NCBI GenBank assembly: GCA_043801585.1
Contig: JAZDLX010000112.1
Span: 1 to 14,993, forward strand
From: a bacterium
GTDB taxonomy: Bacteria > Electryoneota > Electryoneia > Electryoneales > Electryoneaceae
DNA length: 14,993 nt
Direction of reading: 5' to 3'
In this document: piece by piece, positions 1 through 7,671 of the stretch
How positions within the stretch are numbered: the first letter of the stretch is position 1
Layout of the letters: each line of letters begins with the position of its first letter
The notes under the pieces: model-generated
Told to the model about the DNA's origin: nothing
The model's input: only the letters and a program-made list of their open reading frames with translations
Database searches by the model: none
Translations under genes and position numbers: made by a program

Positions 1-31
1 AAGGGAGACCCGCTCCGGTCTCACCTTCTTT
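1..31 (+). terminator. Possible intrinsic terminator or 3' hairpin of a transcript entering from the left edge
   Basis: AAGG-GAGACC (1-10) pairs with GGTCTC-A-CCTT (17-27) with a one-base bulge and a 6-nt loop; followed by a pyrimidine tract (ctttccatccctcttcc). May be truncated by the window edge. Confidence 0.35.
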
Positions 32-48
32 CCATCCCTCTTCCGTTT

Positions 49-85
49 GAATCCCGCAAAGCTTAGCGTTTTGCGGGATTCTTTT
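49..85 (+). terminator. Rho-independent terminator, + strand
   Basis: Perfect 12-bp inverted repeat GAATCCCGCAAA (49-60) / TTTGCGGGATTC (70-81), 9-nt loop, followed by TTTT (82-85). Confidence 0.7.
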
Positions 86-125
86 CGTGTGATCGGAAAA
101 ACAATGGTCAAGACTAGATGAGTTA

Positions 126-228
126 GTCATCCTGACGCGCCGAAAGCGCGAGAAGGATCTTTGTTTTCAATGCAAGTTATTGATAAAACGAAGATTCTTC
201 ATCCGCCGGCTGGCGGATTCAGAATGAC
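126..228. repeat. Palindromic REP-like element: inverted dimer of GTCATYCTGA-hairpin-GAAGRATCT units forming a four-way junction
   Basis: Outer stem GTCATCCTGA (126-135) / TCAGAATGAC (219-228). Arm 1 CGCGC (136-140) / GCGCG (146-150). Arm 2 GAAGGATCTT-TGTTTTCAAT (152-171) / ATTGATAAAACG-AAGATTCTTC (179-200). Arm 3 ATCCGCC (201-207) / GGCGGAT (212-218). Resembles CGTC/TGTC-tagged palindromic repeat families. Confidence 0.75.
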
Positions 229-340
229 CAAGCTGCGAGTTTTCGTCATTCTATCATCTCAACATTTTGAATGCTGTTTTTGACTAGTACAAAGAAAAAC
301 TGATAGTTTAACACCCCTGTTTCTGTCTTGACCCTGTGAT

Positions 341-367
341 AAAAAAGCCGGACAAGATCACGTCCGC
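341..367 (-). terminator. Probable intrinsic terminator of the minus-strand operon
   Basis: Minus strand reads GCGGAC-gtgatctt-GTCCGGC-TTTTTT, about 50 nt downstream of the last stop codon (420). The stem is short. Confidence 0.5.
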
Positions 368-419
368 AAGGGTATCGGGCGGTTACCTTTTTCGTTCTGT
401 TGGAGGACTGCCTGTTCGG

Positions 420-1160
420 TTACTTGGAGGTGATTCGGCGATCCGGCTTCTTTTTCGTGGATGAGGACGGCGCCGAACCTTTCTTCACGGCAACCGTGGT
501 CTTTTTCTTCGAGCGTGTAGATGAAGCGGTTTTCGCGGTTTTCGAGCGGGCTGACGTACCGGATTTGCCACTCGCAGCTTTCTTTGCTGCGGCGCTCTTT
601 CCGGTTGCACTCTTCCGTTTCGGCGCAGCTTTCGCTGCGTTTTTCTTCGTGGATGAGGATGCCGCCTTGGCCATGGATCTCGGTTCGGACCCGCGCGGCA
701 CAACACCTTCTTCCGCGCGTTGCCGCTCCAGTTCCCGGGCATGTTTTCTGGCCTCTTCCCGGATCTTCGTCAACTCTTCATCTTCGAATTTATGAGCGCG
801 TGAAGGAGTGGGCTTCTCGACAGAGCGTGTGACGGGTTTTCCCTTGCCACCGGGTTGTTTGTCCGAGGAATCGCCGGAATCGGCCACTCCGGATTCCGCA
901 CCACCGGAATCCTCCTTTTGAGCGCCCGATTTATCCTTTTCATCCAGTATCTTCTTGACTTTTTCCCGCTCCTCGCGGTCACGCTCGCGTATCTCCTCTT
1001 CGATTGAGATGCGGTTCAGTTCACGACGTATGTCATTGATCGAAGATCTGAACACAGCTGTCCATTTGCCCAGGGTCCGCATCACACGCGGCAGTTCCTT
1101 ACCCCCGAAGAGCAGCACCACGGCGAGTACGACAATCAGCAGTTCATTGCCGCTGGGCAT
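420..1160 (-). CDS. tatB: Twin-arginine translocase TatA/TatB-family subunit with long charged C-terminal extension (246 aa)
   Basis: Start reassigned to ATG 1160 (GAAGGAGG SD upstream; 1 nt after tatC stop). N-terminus MPSGNELLIVVLAVVLLFGGKELPRVMRTLGKWTAVFRSSINDIRREL is TM helix, FG hinge and amphipathic helix; adjacent to tatC. TatA versus TatB assignment is uncertain. Confidence 0.85.
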   Translation of the reverse strand: MPSGNELLIVVLAVVLLFGGKELPRVMRTLGKWTAVFRSSINDIRRELNRISIEEEIRERDREEREKVKKILDEKDKSGAQKEDSGGAESGVADSGDSSDKQPGGKGKPVTRSVEKPTPSRAHKFEDEELTKIREEARKHARELERQRAEEGVVPRGSEPRSMAKAASSSTKKNAAKAAPKRKSATGKSAAAKKAASGKSGTSARSKTAKTASSTRSKKKTTVAVKKGSAPSSSTKKKPDRRITSK

Positions 1161-1161
1161 C

Positions 1162-2028
1162 TTACCCCTCCTTCCCCGCCGGGGAACCCTTCGGCGATTC
1201 CCGTTTCCCGGCAGTGCTGTCATTGCCGGCTTCTTCTCCCGCGGGTTCGGCCGCGATGGTTTCACTCGGCGATTCCTGAAGCCGCTGATCCGCCACGCGA
1301 TTGTACTTTCGTTGCGCGATCACAGCAAGGAAGATGGAAGCTTCATACAGAACCACCAACGGAACGGCGAGCACGATCTGCGTGAAAACATCCGGAGGTG
1401 TGATGATCGCGGCGGCGAGCAGGAACGCGACATACATGTGCCGACGGTAGGTACGCAGAAATTTCGGTGTCACCACCCCGAACCGTGCAAGAAAATAGAT
1501 CAGGAGCGGCAGTTCGAAGACGATGCCGAAAGCAAGGAACATCCGCAATTCAAAGTCGATGAATTTGCCGAGCGACCAGAAATTGGCAACCTCTTCGGAG
1601 GTGAACGACATGAAGAAGCGGGTCGCCATCGGAATCACAAACACCGCAAATCCGGCACCCACAAGGAACAGGACCGATGAGGAGAAAACAACGGGAAGGA
1701 CCATCTTCCGTTCCTTCTCGAACAGGCCCGGAGCGATGAATGACCAGAGCTGATAGAAAATCCACGGCAAGGAGATGAACACGCCCGCGATCAAACTGAT
1801 CTTGAGCTGGACGAGGAATCCTTCCGTGGGTGTCAACAGCGCCAGCTTGGGTCCTTCCATTCCGGCGAAGGGGTAGAGCAGCAACCGCTGCAGATCCTGC
1901 GAGTAGATGTATCCGATGATGGTGGCGATGAGCAGGCCGCCAAACGCACGGAATATGTGGACACGGAGTTCGTCGAGATGATCGAGGAAATTCATCTCGT
2001 TCGGATTCTTGCGATTCCTGCGGCTCAT
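1162..2028 (-). CDS. tatC: Twin-arginine translocase subunit TatC
   Basis: EMNFLDHLDELR, YQLWSFIAPGLFEKE, FELP and IITPPD motifs; about six hydrophobic segments; ATGA overlap with purQ. Confidence 0.97.
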   Translation of the reverse strand: MSRRNRKNPNEMNFLDHLDELRVHIFRAFGGLLIATIIGYIYSQDLQRLLLYPFAGMEGPKLALLTPTEGFLVQLKISLIAGVFISLPWIFYQLWSFIAPGLFEKERKMVLPVVFSSSVLFLVGAGFAVFVIPMATRFFMSFTSEEVANFWSLGKFIDFELRMFLAFGIVFELPLLIYFLARFGVVTPKFLRTYRRHMYVAFLLAAAIITPPDVFTQIVLAVPLVVLYEASIFLAVIAQRKYNRVADQRLQESPSETIAAEPAGEEAGNDSTAGKRESPKGSPAGKEG

Positions 2029-2720
2029 ACTGCAACCAACTCCCCGATCATGCTTTCGAACAGCACCCGTCCATCGGTGCCGCCGATCACCGGATCGCAG
2101 GTGTTTTCGGGGTGTGGCATCATCCCGAGGACATTACCCGCTTCGTTGACAACACCCGCGATGTTGTTAACCGAACCGTTGGGATTGCCGGCACTGGTCA
2201 CCTCCCCCATTGCCGTGCAGTAACGGAAAAGCACCCCACCGCGATCCTCCAGCCGTTTCAAGCCATCCGGTGGCAGAAAATAATTGCCCTCGTTGTGTGC
2301 GATGGGAACGGTGATCACCTGGTGCATTTCAGCGAGGCGGGTAAATCGGGTGTCGGTCCGTTCGATCCTGAGCGGCTGGTGGGCGTTGATGAACCGCAGG
2401 CTCGTGTTTCTCAGCAGTGTACCCGGGAGCAACCCCGCTTCCGTCAGGATCTGAAAACCATTGCAGACTCCGAAGACCGTCCGCCCCGAACCGGCAAACC
2501 GTACCAGTTCATCCATCACAGGGCTGAACCGTGCGATGGCACCGCAACGCAGATAATCACCATAGGAAAAACCGCCGGGGAGCATGATCGCATCGAGATC
2601 GCTGAGGTCACGTTCAGTGTGCCAGACCCTGCGGACGTTCTGTTGAAAAAGCCGTTCGAGCACGTCCACGGCGTCTTGTTCCCGATTGGTTCCGGGAAAG
2701 ACAAGGACTCCCCACTTCAC
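2025..2720 (-). CDS. purQ: FGAM synthase glutaminase subunit PurQ
   Basis: FPGTN, LPGGFSYGDYLRCGA, GVCNGFQ (catalytic Cys), AHNEGNY, NPNGS and GMMPHPE motifs; GTG start overlapping the purS stop. Confidence 0.97.
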   Translation of the reverse strand: MKWGVLVFPGTNREQDAVDVLERLFQQNVRRVWHTERDLSDLDAIMLPGGFSYGDYLRCGAIARFSPVMDELVRFAGSGRTVFGVCNGFQILTEAGLLPGTLLRNTSLRFINAHQPLRIERTDTRFTRLAEMHQVITVPIAHNEGNYFLPPDGLKRLEDRGGVLFRYCTAMGEVTSAGNPNGSVNNIAGVVNEAGNVLGMMPHPENTCDPVIGGTDGRVLFESMIGELVAV

Positions 2721-2971
2721 GGTGAGACCCCATCACCGGGGAGCACTCGATAGCTTTCCACATTCTCGTTGTGGAGGAGTTTTTCGGCCATCTCACACGC
2801 CTTTTCGAGGGCAGATTCGGCATCGCCGGTGTCGAGGTCGAGGACAATCCTTTTCCCCACCTGGACCTGGCGCACGTCCTGGTAGCCGAGCTGATGCAGA
2901 GCGTGCCGGACCGCCTGCCCCTGTGGATCGAGAATGCCTTCTTTCGGCATCACTTCCACAACCACCATCAT
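2717..2971 (-). CDS. purS: FGAM synthase subunit PurS (84 aa)
   Basis: C-terminal part of ORF 2717..3124: MMVVVEVMPKEGILDPQGQAV...VGK...EMAEKLLHNENVESY carries the DPQG signature. ATG 2971 overlaps the pssA TGA. Confidence 0.93.
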   Translation of the reverse strand: MMVVVEVMPKEGILDPQGQAVRHALHQLGYQDVRQVQVGKRIVLDLDTGDAESALEKACEMAEKLLHNENVESYRVLPGDGVSP

Positions 2972-3657
2972 CCCTGAGCCTCCATGCCCGCTTCCATGGC
3001 AAGATGGACTTTGTGCCGTTTCATCAGCGTCGGACCGATGATCAGGTAAAAGATGGTCATCGACCAGACCGCTTCCGCCGGGAAGAAGATAAATGCCACG
3101 AAATGGAAGACCCAAAGCCCCCACCAGAGAGTACGCGACATCATTTTCATCGCCGGATGTCCGAATTTCGGAAATGGAATCAGCGACACGGCGAGAAGCG
3201 CATAGACCGGCGCAGCGATTTCAGCGACGGGATAGTCCGGAAACCATTTTTGCGACAGGACGACCAGCGAAACGACAGCCAGCGCCGCAACCGGGGAAGG
3301 CATACCCTGGAATTCCTTTGCCTCCGGGCTGCGGAGACGGAAACGCAGGAGGCGGAAAACGATGCCGAGGAAGAAGACCCCAGCGGCTGTCCACCGGAGG
3401 ATGCCGTGCCCCACGGTGGCGATCATCGCCGCAGGTGCGATCCCGAAACTGATCAAGTCTGAAACGGTATCGGCGGTGGCCCCGCGGCCGCTGGCCACTC
3501 CAATACGGCGTGCCGTCCATCCATCCGCGAGATCGAGGATGGCACCGGCTATGATCGCATACATGGCAAGCTGAAGGTGACCCCCAAGGATCAACCACAG
3601 CGCGAGCAACCCCAGAATTCCATTCCCCATCGTCATCATCATCGGGGCATTACGCAC
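2968..3657 (-). CDS. pssA: CDP-alcohol phosphatidyltransferase, probable phosphatidylserine synthase
   Basis: DLADGWTARRIGVASGRGATADTVSD matches the DxxDGxxAR...GxxxDxxxD motif; ISFGIAPA, RLLRF and FQGMPSP also present; adjacent to psd. Start reassigned to GTG 3657 (GGAGG upstream). Confidence 0.88.
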   Translation of the reverse strand: MRNAPMMMTMGNGILGLLALWLILGGHLQLAMYAIIAGAILDLADGWTARRIGVASGRGATADTVSDLISFGIAPAAMIATVGHGILRWTAAGVFFLGIVFRLLRFRLRSPEAKEFQGMPSPVAALAVVSLVVLSQKWFPDYPVAEIAAPVYALLAVSLIPFPKFGHPAMKMMSRTLWWGLWVFHFVAFIFFPAEAVWSMTIFYLIIGPTLMKRHKVHLAMEAGMEAQG

Positions 3658-4372
3658 CGGTACCTCCCGCTTCCACCAATTGCGGCTCAGGTTCAGCCTG
3701 TGGTTGACGATCAGGATGATCACTCCCGATCTGATCGCCCATTTCCTCCGGCAGCCAATGTCCCAGACGAGTGACACCACCGAACACCGGATCGCCTACT
3801 CTGACAATCGGCCGGAAAGGCTTCGGCAGGGTTATCTCCGAGCGGCTGCCGAAACGGACAAACCCGATTCTTTGGCCTGCGGTGAGTAGATCTCCTGCCT
3901 CCAAAGGAACGATAACCCGTCGCACCAGAAAACCGGAAATGACCCTGAGTACGACACGGCCATATTCGGTGTCAAGGATGATCCGCTCCTGCTGGTTTTT
4001 ATCGCCGGCCTCGGGATTGTCGGCACGGAGGAAAATTCCCGGAATGAATTCAGCGTCGAGAACCTCCGATGTCATCGGGGCACGGATGACATGGACGTTC
4101 ATCGGACTCAAGAAAATGGCGATTTTTGTCGCCCCCCACTGATCCGTGTCAACCGCGACGATGGTACCGTCCGCGGGGGAAACGATCGCATCCGTTTCGG
4201 GCACCGGCCTCAATGGATCACGGAAGAAAAACAGCATCGCGAACCAGAACACCAGAAAGAAGACGCTTGGAACGAACCAGCCCGCTCGCTTCGTGGTAAC
4301 ACCGATCAGAGCAAAACTGAAGAAGAGTATCGCCGGGATTGCGATGAACAACAAACCTTCTGGAGCAAACAC
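3650..4372 (-). CDS. psd: Phosphatidylserine decarboxylase proenzyme (short type)
   Basis: FFFRDP, IVSPADG, IFLSPMNVHVIRAP and GFVRFGSR (GS self-cleavage / pyruvoyl site) motifs; N-terminal TM segments. Confidence 0.95.
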   Translation of the reverse strand: MFAPEGLLFIAIPAILFFSFALIGVTTKRAGWFVPSVFFLVFWFAMLFFFRDPLRPVPETDAIVSPADGTIVAVDTDQWGATKIAIFLSPMNVHVIRAPMTSEVLDAEFIPGIFLRADNPEAGDKNQQERIILDTEYGRVVLRVISGFLVRRVIVPLEAGDLLTAGQRIGFVRFGSRSEITLPKPFRPIVRVGDPVFGGVTRLGHWLPEEMGDQIGSDHPDRQPQAEPEPQLVEAGGTGA

Positions 4373-4375
4373 GGG

Positions 4376-5086
4376 CTACCCCACGCTTACGATGCGATCA
4401 AGAAGTTCCTGATACGCTTTATCGACACCGCCCATATCGTAACGGAAGCGGTCCTTGTCCAACTTCTTGTTGGTCTTCTTGTCCCAGACTCTGCAGGTGT
4501 CAGGACTGATCTCGTCTCCGATCAGCAGGCTCTTCTCATGCTTGCCGAACTCAAGCTTGAAATCAACCAGCATCAGGCCACGGCGGTCGAAAAACGATTT
4601 GAAGATCGCGTTGACCTTGCTCGCCACACGGGAGATCATCTTCATCTCTTCGGGGGTCGCGTATCCCATGGCGTAGGCGTGATGCTCATTGATCATGGGG
4701 TCGCCGAGACGATCATCCTTGAGGAAGTATTCGACAATCGGATACTTGAGGATTTTGCCTTCTTCCAGATTGTAGGTTTTGGCGAGGCTGGCGGTAGCGA
4801 CATTCCGGACCACGATTTCGATTGGAATCATCTCGAGACGTTTCACTTCCATCTCCGTCTTCGAGATCTTCCGAACGAAATGTGTAGGGACATGGTAATT
4901 CTCCAGATACTCGAACATGTATGTGGAGATGGCGTTACAGATCGCCCCCTTGCCTTCGAAACTGCTTTTCTTGGTCCCATTGAAGGCCGTTAAGTCGTCT
5001 TTGAAAACCTGGATCAGAACGTTCGGATCCTCGGTCAGATAGAGGAACTTGGCCTTGCCTTCGTAAAGCAGGTCCTTCTTATCCAC
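4376..5086 (-). CDS. purC: SAICAR synthase
   Basis: LYEGKAK, FKDDLTAFNG, IPIEIVVRN, LVDFKLEFG, DEISPDTCRVWD and DKDRFR motifs. Start reassigned to GTG 5086 with GGAGG at 5094-5098. Confidence 0.97.
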   Translation of the reverse strand: MDKKDLLYEGKAKFLYLTEDPNVLIQVFKDDLTAFNGTKKSSFEGKGAICNAISTYMFEYLENYHVPTHFVRKISKTEMEVKRLEMIPIEIVVRNVATASLAKTYNLEEGKILKYPIVEYFLKDDRLGDPMINEHHAYAMGYATPEEMKMISRVASKVNAIFKSFFDRRGLMLVDFKLEFGKHEKSLLIGDEISPDTCRVWDKKTNKKLDKDRFRYDMGGVDKAYQELLDRIVSVG

Positions 5087-5116
5087 GCCCAAACCTCCCG
5101 TTCTCGCTTTCACTGC

Positions 5117-6415
5117 TCAGTCTTCCAATCTTAAACGTCTGTAGATGGCGTCCACATGCCGAAGCGCGTGCCTGATGTCAAACACGTTATCAATATTCTT
5201 CTGTCCAATGGCCTTAATCAGCTCCCTGTCTGCGAGAGCAGCCTGATGCATCGGGACGCCTCTATCAAGGGCGTCATGAGCGATTCGCTGAACGATCGTG
5301 TACGCATCCTCGCGGGTATGGCCGCTCTTCACCAGTTCGAGCAATAATCCTTCGCTGAACACAGCCCCCCCGGTCAGCTCAAGATTCCGAGCGATCGCCT
5401 CTTCATCAACAACCAGGTTTTCGACCAAATCCGCAGTCAAGGCCAGAAGGTAATCCAGCGCAATGGTCGAATCCGGCAGGATCACACGCTCCACGGAGCT
5501 GTGGGAGATGTCGCGTTCATGCCAAAGAGCGACATTTTCGTAGGCCGCGTGCATGTTCGACCGCAGCAGCCTCGCCATTCCGCAGATCTTCTCAGCGTTG
5601 ATGGGATTGCGTTTGTGGGGCATCGCGCTGGACCCCTTCTGCCCCTTTTGGAACCCCTCCCGCGCCTCTCCGACCTCCGTTCTCTGCAGGTGCCGCACTT
5701 CAAGAGCTATCGATTCAAGAACCGTTCCCACCAATGCCACTGCGGATAGAAAGTCGGCGTGGCGGTCCCGGCTGACAATCTGACTGCTGATTGGCGACAC
5801 GTTCAACCCGAGGGCGGCGAGCACCTCCTCTTCCATCCCGGGGTCCAGGTGCACGTACAACCCCACCGCACCCGACAGCTTTCCTGTCGAAACATTTTCC
5901 CAGGCGTCCTTGAGACGAACCTTCACCCTCGCAAGCTGCTCGTAAAAACGCGCGAATCGAAGACCAAACGTCACGGGTTCCGCATGGACGCCGTGAGTTC
6001 TACCGACCGCCGGTAATGCCTTGTACTTGAGCGCTTTTTCCTTCAGAGCAGAAAGCAGAGTGTCACAACCGTGCAGCAACTCCTCACCCGCCTGACGCAA
6101 CTGCATCGCCAACGCCGTATCCAGCACGTCGGAACTGGTCATCCCCAGGTGGATGAACCGTGAAGACGGGCCGACGTGCTCTGCGACGTTTGATAGAAAC
6201 GCGATCACGTCATGCTGGACAGTCTGTTCGATCTCGTTGATACGATCCACATCAAAAGCGGCCCTGGAATGAATTTCCGCAAGCGCATCCGCGGGCACAA
6301 CACCCCGTCTCTCCCACGCCTCCACTACGGCCAGCTCGACGTCGAGCCAGGTGCGGAATTTGTTCTCCTCCGACCAGATGGAGCCCATCTTCGGGCGTGT
6401 GTAGCGCTCGATCAT
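5117..6415 (-). CDS. purB: Adenylosuccinate lyase
   Basis: MIERY start; HDVIAF, HLGMTSSDV, GRTHGVHAEP, GSSAMPHKRNP (fumarate-lyase signature) and WHERDISHSSVER motifs. Confidence 0.98.
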   Translation of the reverse strand: MIERYTRPKMGSIWSEENKFRTWLDVELAVVEAWERRGVVPADALAEIHSRAAFDVDRINEIEQTVQHDVIAFLSNVAEHVGPSSRFIHLGMTSSDVLDTALAMQLRQAGEELLHGCDTLLSALKEKALKYKALPAVGRTHGVHAEPVTFGLRFARFYEQLARVKVRLKDAWENVSTGKLSGAVGLYVHLDPGMEEEVLAALGLNVSPISSQIVSRDRHADFLSAVALVGTVLESIALEVRHLQRTEVGEAREGFQKGQKGSSAMPHKRNPINAEKICGMARLLRSNMHAAYENVALWHERDISHSSVERVILPDSTIALDYLLALTADLVENLVVDEEAIARNLELTGGAVFSEGLLLELVKSGHTREDAYTIVQRIAHDALDRGVPMHQAALADRELIKAIGQKNIDNVFDIRHALRHVDAIYRRLRLED

Positions 6416-7671
6416 TTGGGTCTCGCCTCCAGTTGCAGGGTGACGGTGAGGGTGTCGTTTTTACGGAAGATTTTCATTTTCAAGCGATCGCCGACACGCA
6501 AGTCATGGTTATCAAAGTATTTTCTTATTCCCTGGGCATCGGAGATCGGCGCCCCTTCGATCCCGGTGATGATATCCGCTGCCTCGATTCCTGCGCGGGC
6601 TCCGGGGCTGTTCTTGTCCACTTCGGTTACGATCACTCCGCCGTTCCCGCTATAGCCGACGCTCGACGCAATCAGCTTGTCAATGTTCTGAACGTAAAGA
6701 CCGGTCCAGAAATCACGGTCGACGCTCCCTCGTTCACGCAGTTCATTGACAACATCCCGAAGAACGGATGCCGGCAGCGCGAAACCGACGCCAACGGAAC
6801 CGCCGCTGCCGCCGGTAAAGATGAACGTGTTGACACCCATGACCTCCCCGAGGACGTTGACCAGCGGACCTCCCGAATTGCCGGGATTGATGGCGGCGTC
6901 GGTCTGGATCATATTCCTGTAGAGGCGGCCATCCTCCTGCCGCTCGAAGTTTCTACCCATGGCAGAAACGACTCCGACACTCACCGAGGCCTGATCGTTG
7001 ACCTTGAAAAGTCCGAAGGGATTTCCAATGGCGATCACCCACTCGCCAACGAGGATGTTGTCTGTCGGGGAAATCTTCAGAAAGGGCAGATCCTTGCCGT
7101 CCACTTTGACCAGGGCGATGTCGGTGTCATAATCCGTGCCGATGACCTCGGCGTTCATCGATTTGCCATTCTCAAAGGTAACGACGATTTTACTGGCCAT
7201 GTGAACGACGTGTTCATTGGTCACGACATACCCGTCAGGACTGATGACAAATCCCGAACCGAGGTTTTCAACTTTCTGCTTGTACGTTTGTTGCGGAATG
7301 TTGAAAAAATTCCTGAAGAACGGATCGTTGAACATCGGATTGACAGCCCGGTATTCCCGAACCTGGGTAACTGTGATTCCGACGACCGCCGGTTCCACCT
7401 TCCGGATGACCTCGGTAATCGCCGTATGCCGGTTGTTGGAAATCTGATCGAGCGTCTCCGTGCGTGATACAGCTCGAGCGCTGTCGGAGGTCGGCAGCGG
7501 AGCGGAAGGGGTCGCCAGGGGACGGTCAGGCATGATTTGCTGAACCGTATCCACGGAGTCCCGGTTGGATCCGTTCTCACGTTCCAGCCAGGCACCAAAC
7601 CGGATGAGCCCCATCGCTGCTCCCCCAATCAGCAGTCCGAGGATGAATCCTCTGATGACCGGGCCTTTCAC
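6412..7671 (-). CDS. HtrA/Deg-family serine protease with N-terminal TM anchor and a single PDZ domain
   Basis: GSGFVIS, TNEHVV (His), DIALVK (Asp) and [16 protein letters not shown] (Ser); one PDZ ([24 protein letters not shown]). Start reassigned to GTG 7671, overlapping the tal stop. Confidence 0.93.
   Translation of the reverse strand: MKGPVIRGFILGLLIGGAAMGLIRFGAWLERENGSNRDSVDTVQQIMPDRPLATPSAPLPTSDSARAVSRTETLDQISNNRHTAITEVIRKVEPAVVGITVTQVREYRAVNPMFNDPFFRNFFNIPQQTYKQKVENLGSGFVISPDGYVVTNEHVVHMASKIVVTFENGKSMNAEVIGTDYDTDIALVKVDGKDLPFLKISPTDNILVGEWVIAIGNPFGLFKVNDQASVSVGVVSAMGRNFERQEDGRLYRNMIQTDAAINPGNSGGPLVNVLGEVMGVNTFIFTGGSGGSVGVGFALPASVLRDVVNELRERGSVDRDFWTGLYVQNIDKLIASSVGYSGNGGVIVTEVDKNSPGARAGIEAADIITGIEGAPISDAQGIRKYFDNHDLRVGDRLKMKIFRKNDTLTVTLQLEARPK

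Noticed and set aside
126..228. Cloverleaf fold as a tRNA or CRISPR repeat
   Set aside because: No T-loop/D-loop consensus, no 7-nt anticodon loop, arm lengths are wrong, and there are no regularly spaced direct repeats or cas genes.
400..795. Hydrophobic Phe/Ala-rich + ORF that resembles a membrane protein
   Set aside because: It is the antisense reading of the Lys/Ala-rich Tat tail (AAA/AAG codons read as TTT/CTT).
1161..1265. Arg-rich N-terminal extension of the Tat subunit in the ORF track
   Set aside because: Overlaps tatC; ATG 1160 has a strong SD and gives the canonical TatA/B N-terminus.
2660..2720. PurQ FPGTNRE in place of the common FPGSNCD as a sign of inactivation
   Set aside because: The catalytic Cys-His-Glu triad is intact and this position varies naturally.
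2972..3124. Extended N-termini of purS (also pssA to 3780, purC to 5113, protease to 7689, tal to 8327, truA to 9163)
   Set aside because: Longest-ORF artefacts; downstream starts match family N-termini and show stop/start coupling or SD motifs.
6397..7467. 356-aa + strand ORF, and similar long + ORFs at 955-1680, 2686-3462, 4091-4993, 7728-8564, 8698-9594, 9029-9868 and 12468-13127
   Set aside because: Antisense shadows of well-conserved minus-strand genes in GC-rich DNA, with no recognisable motifs.
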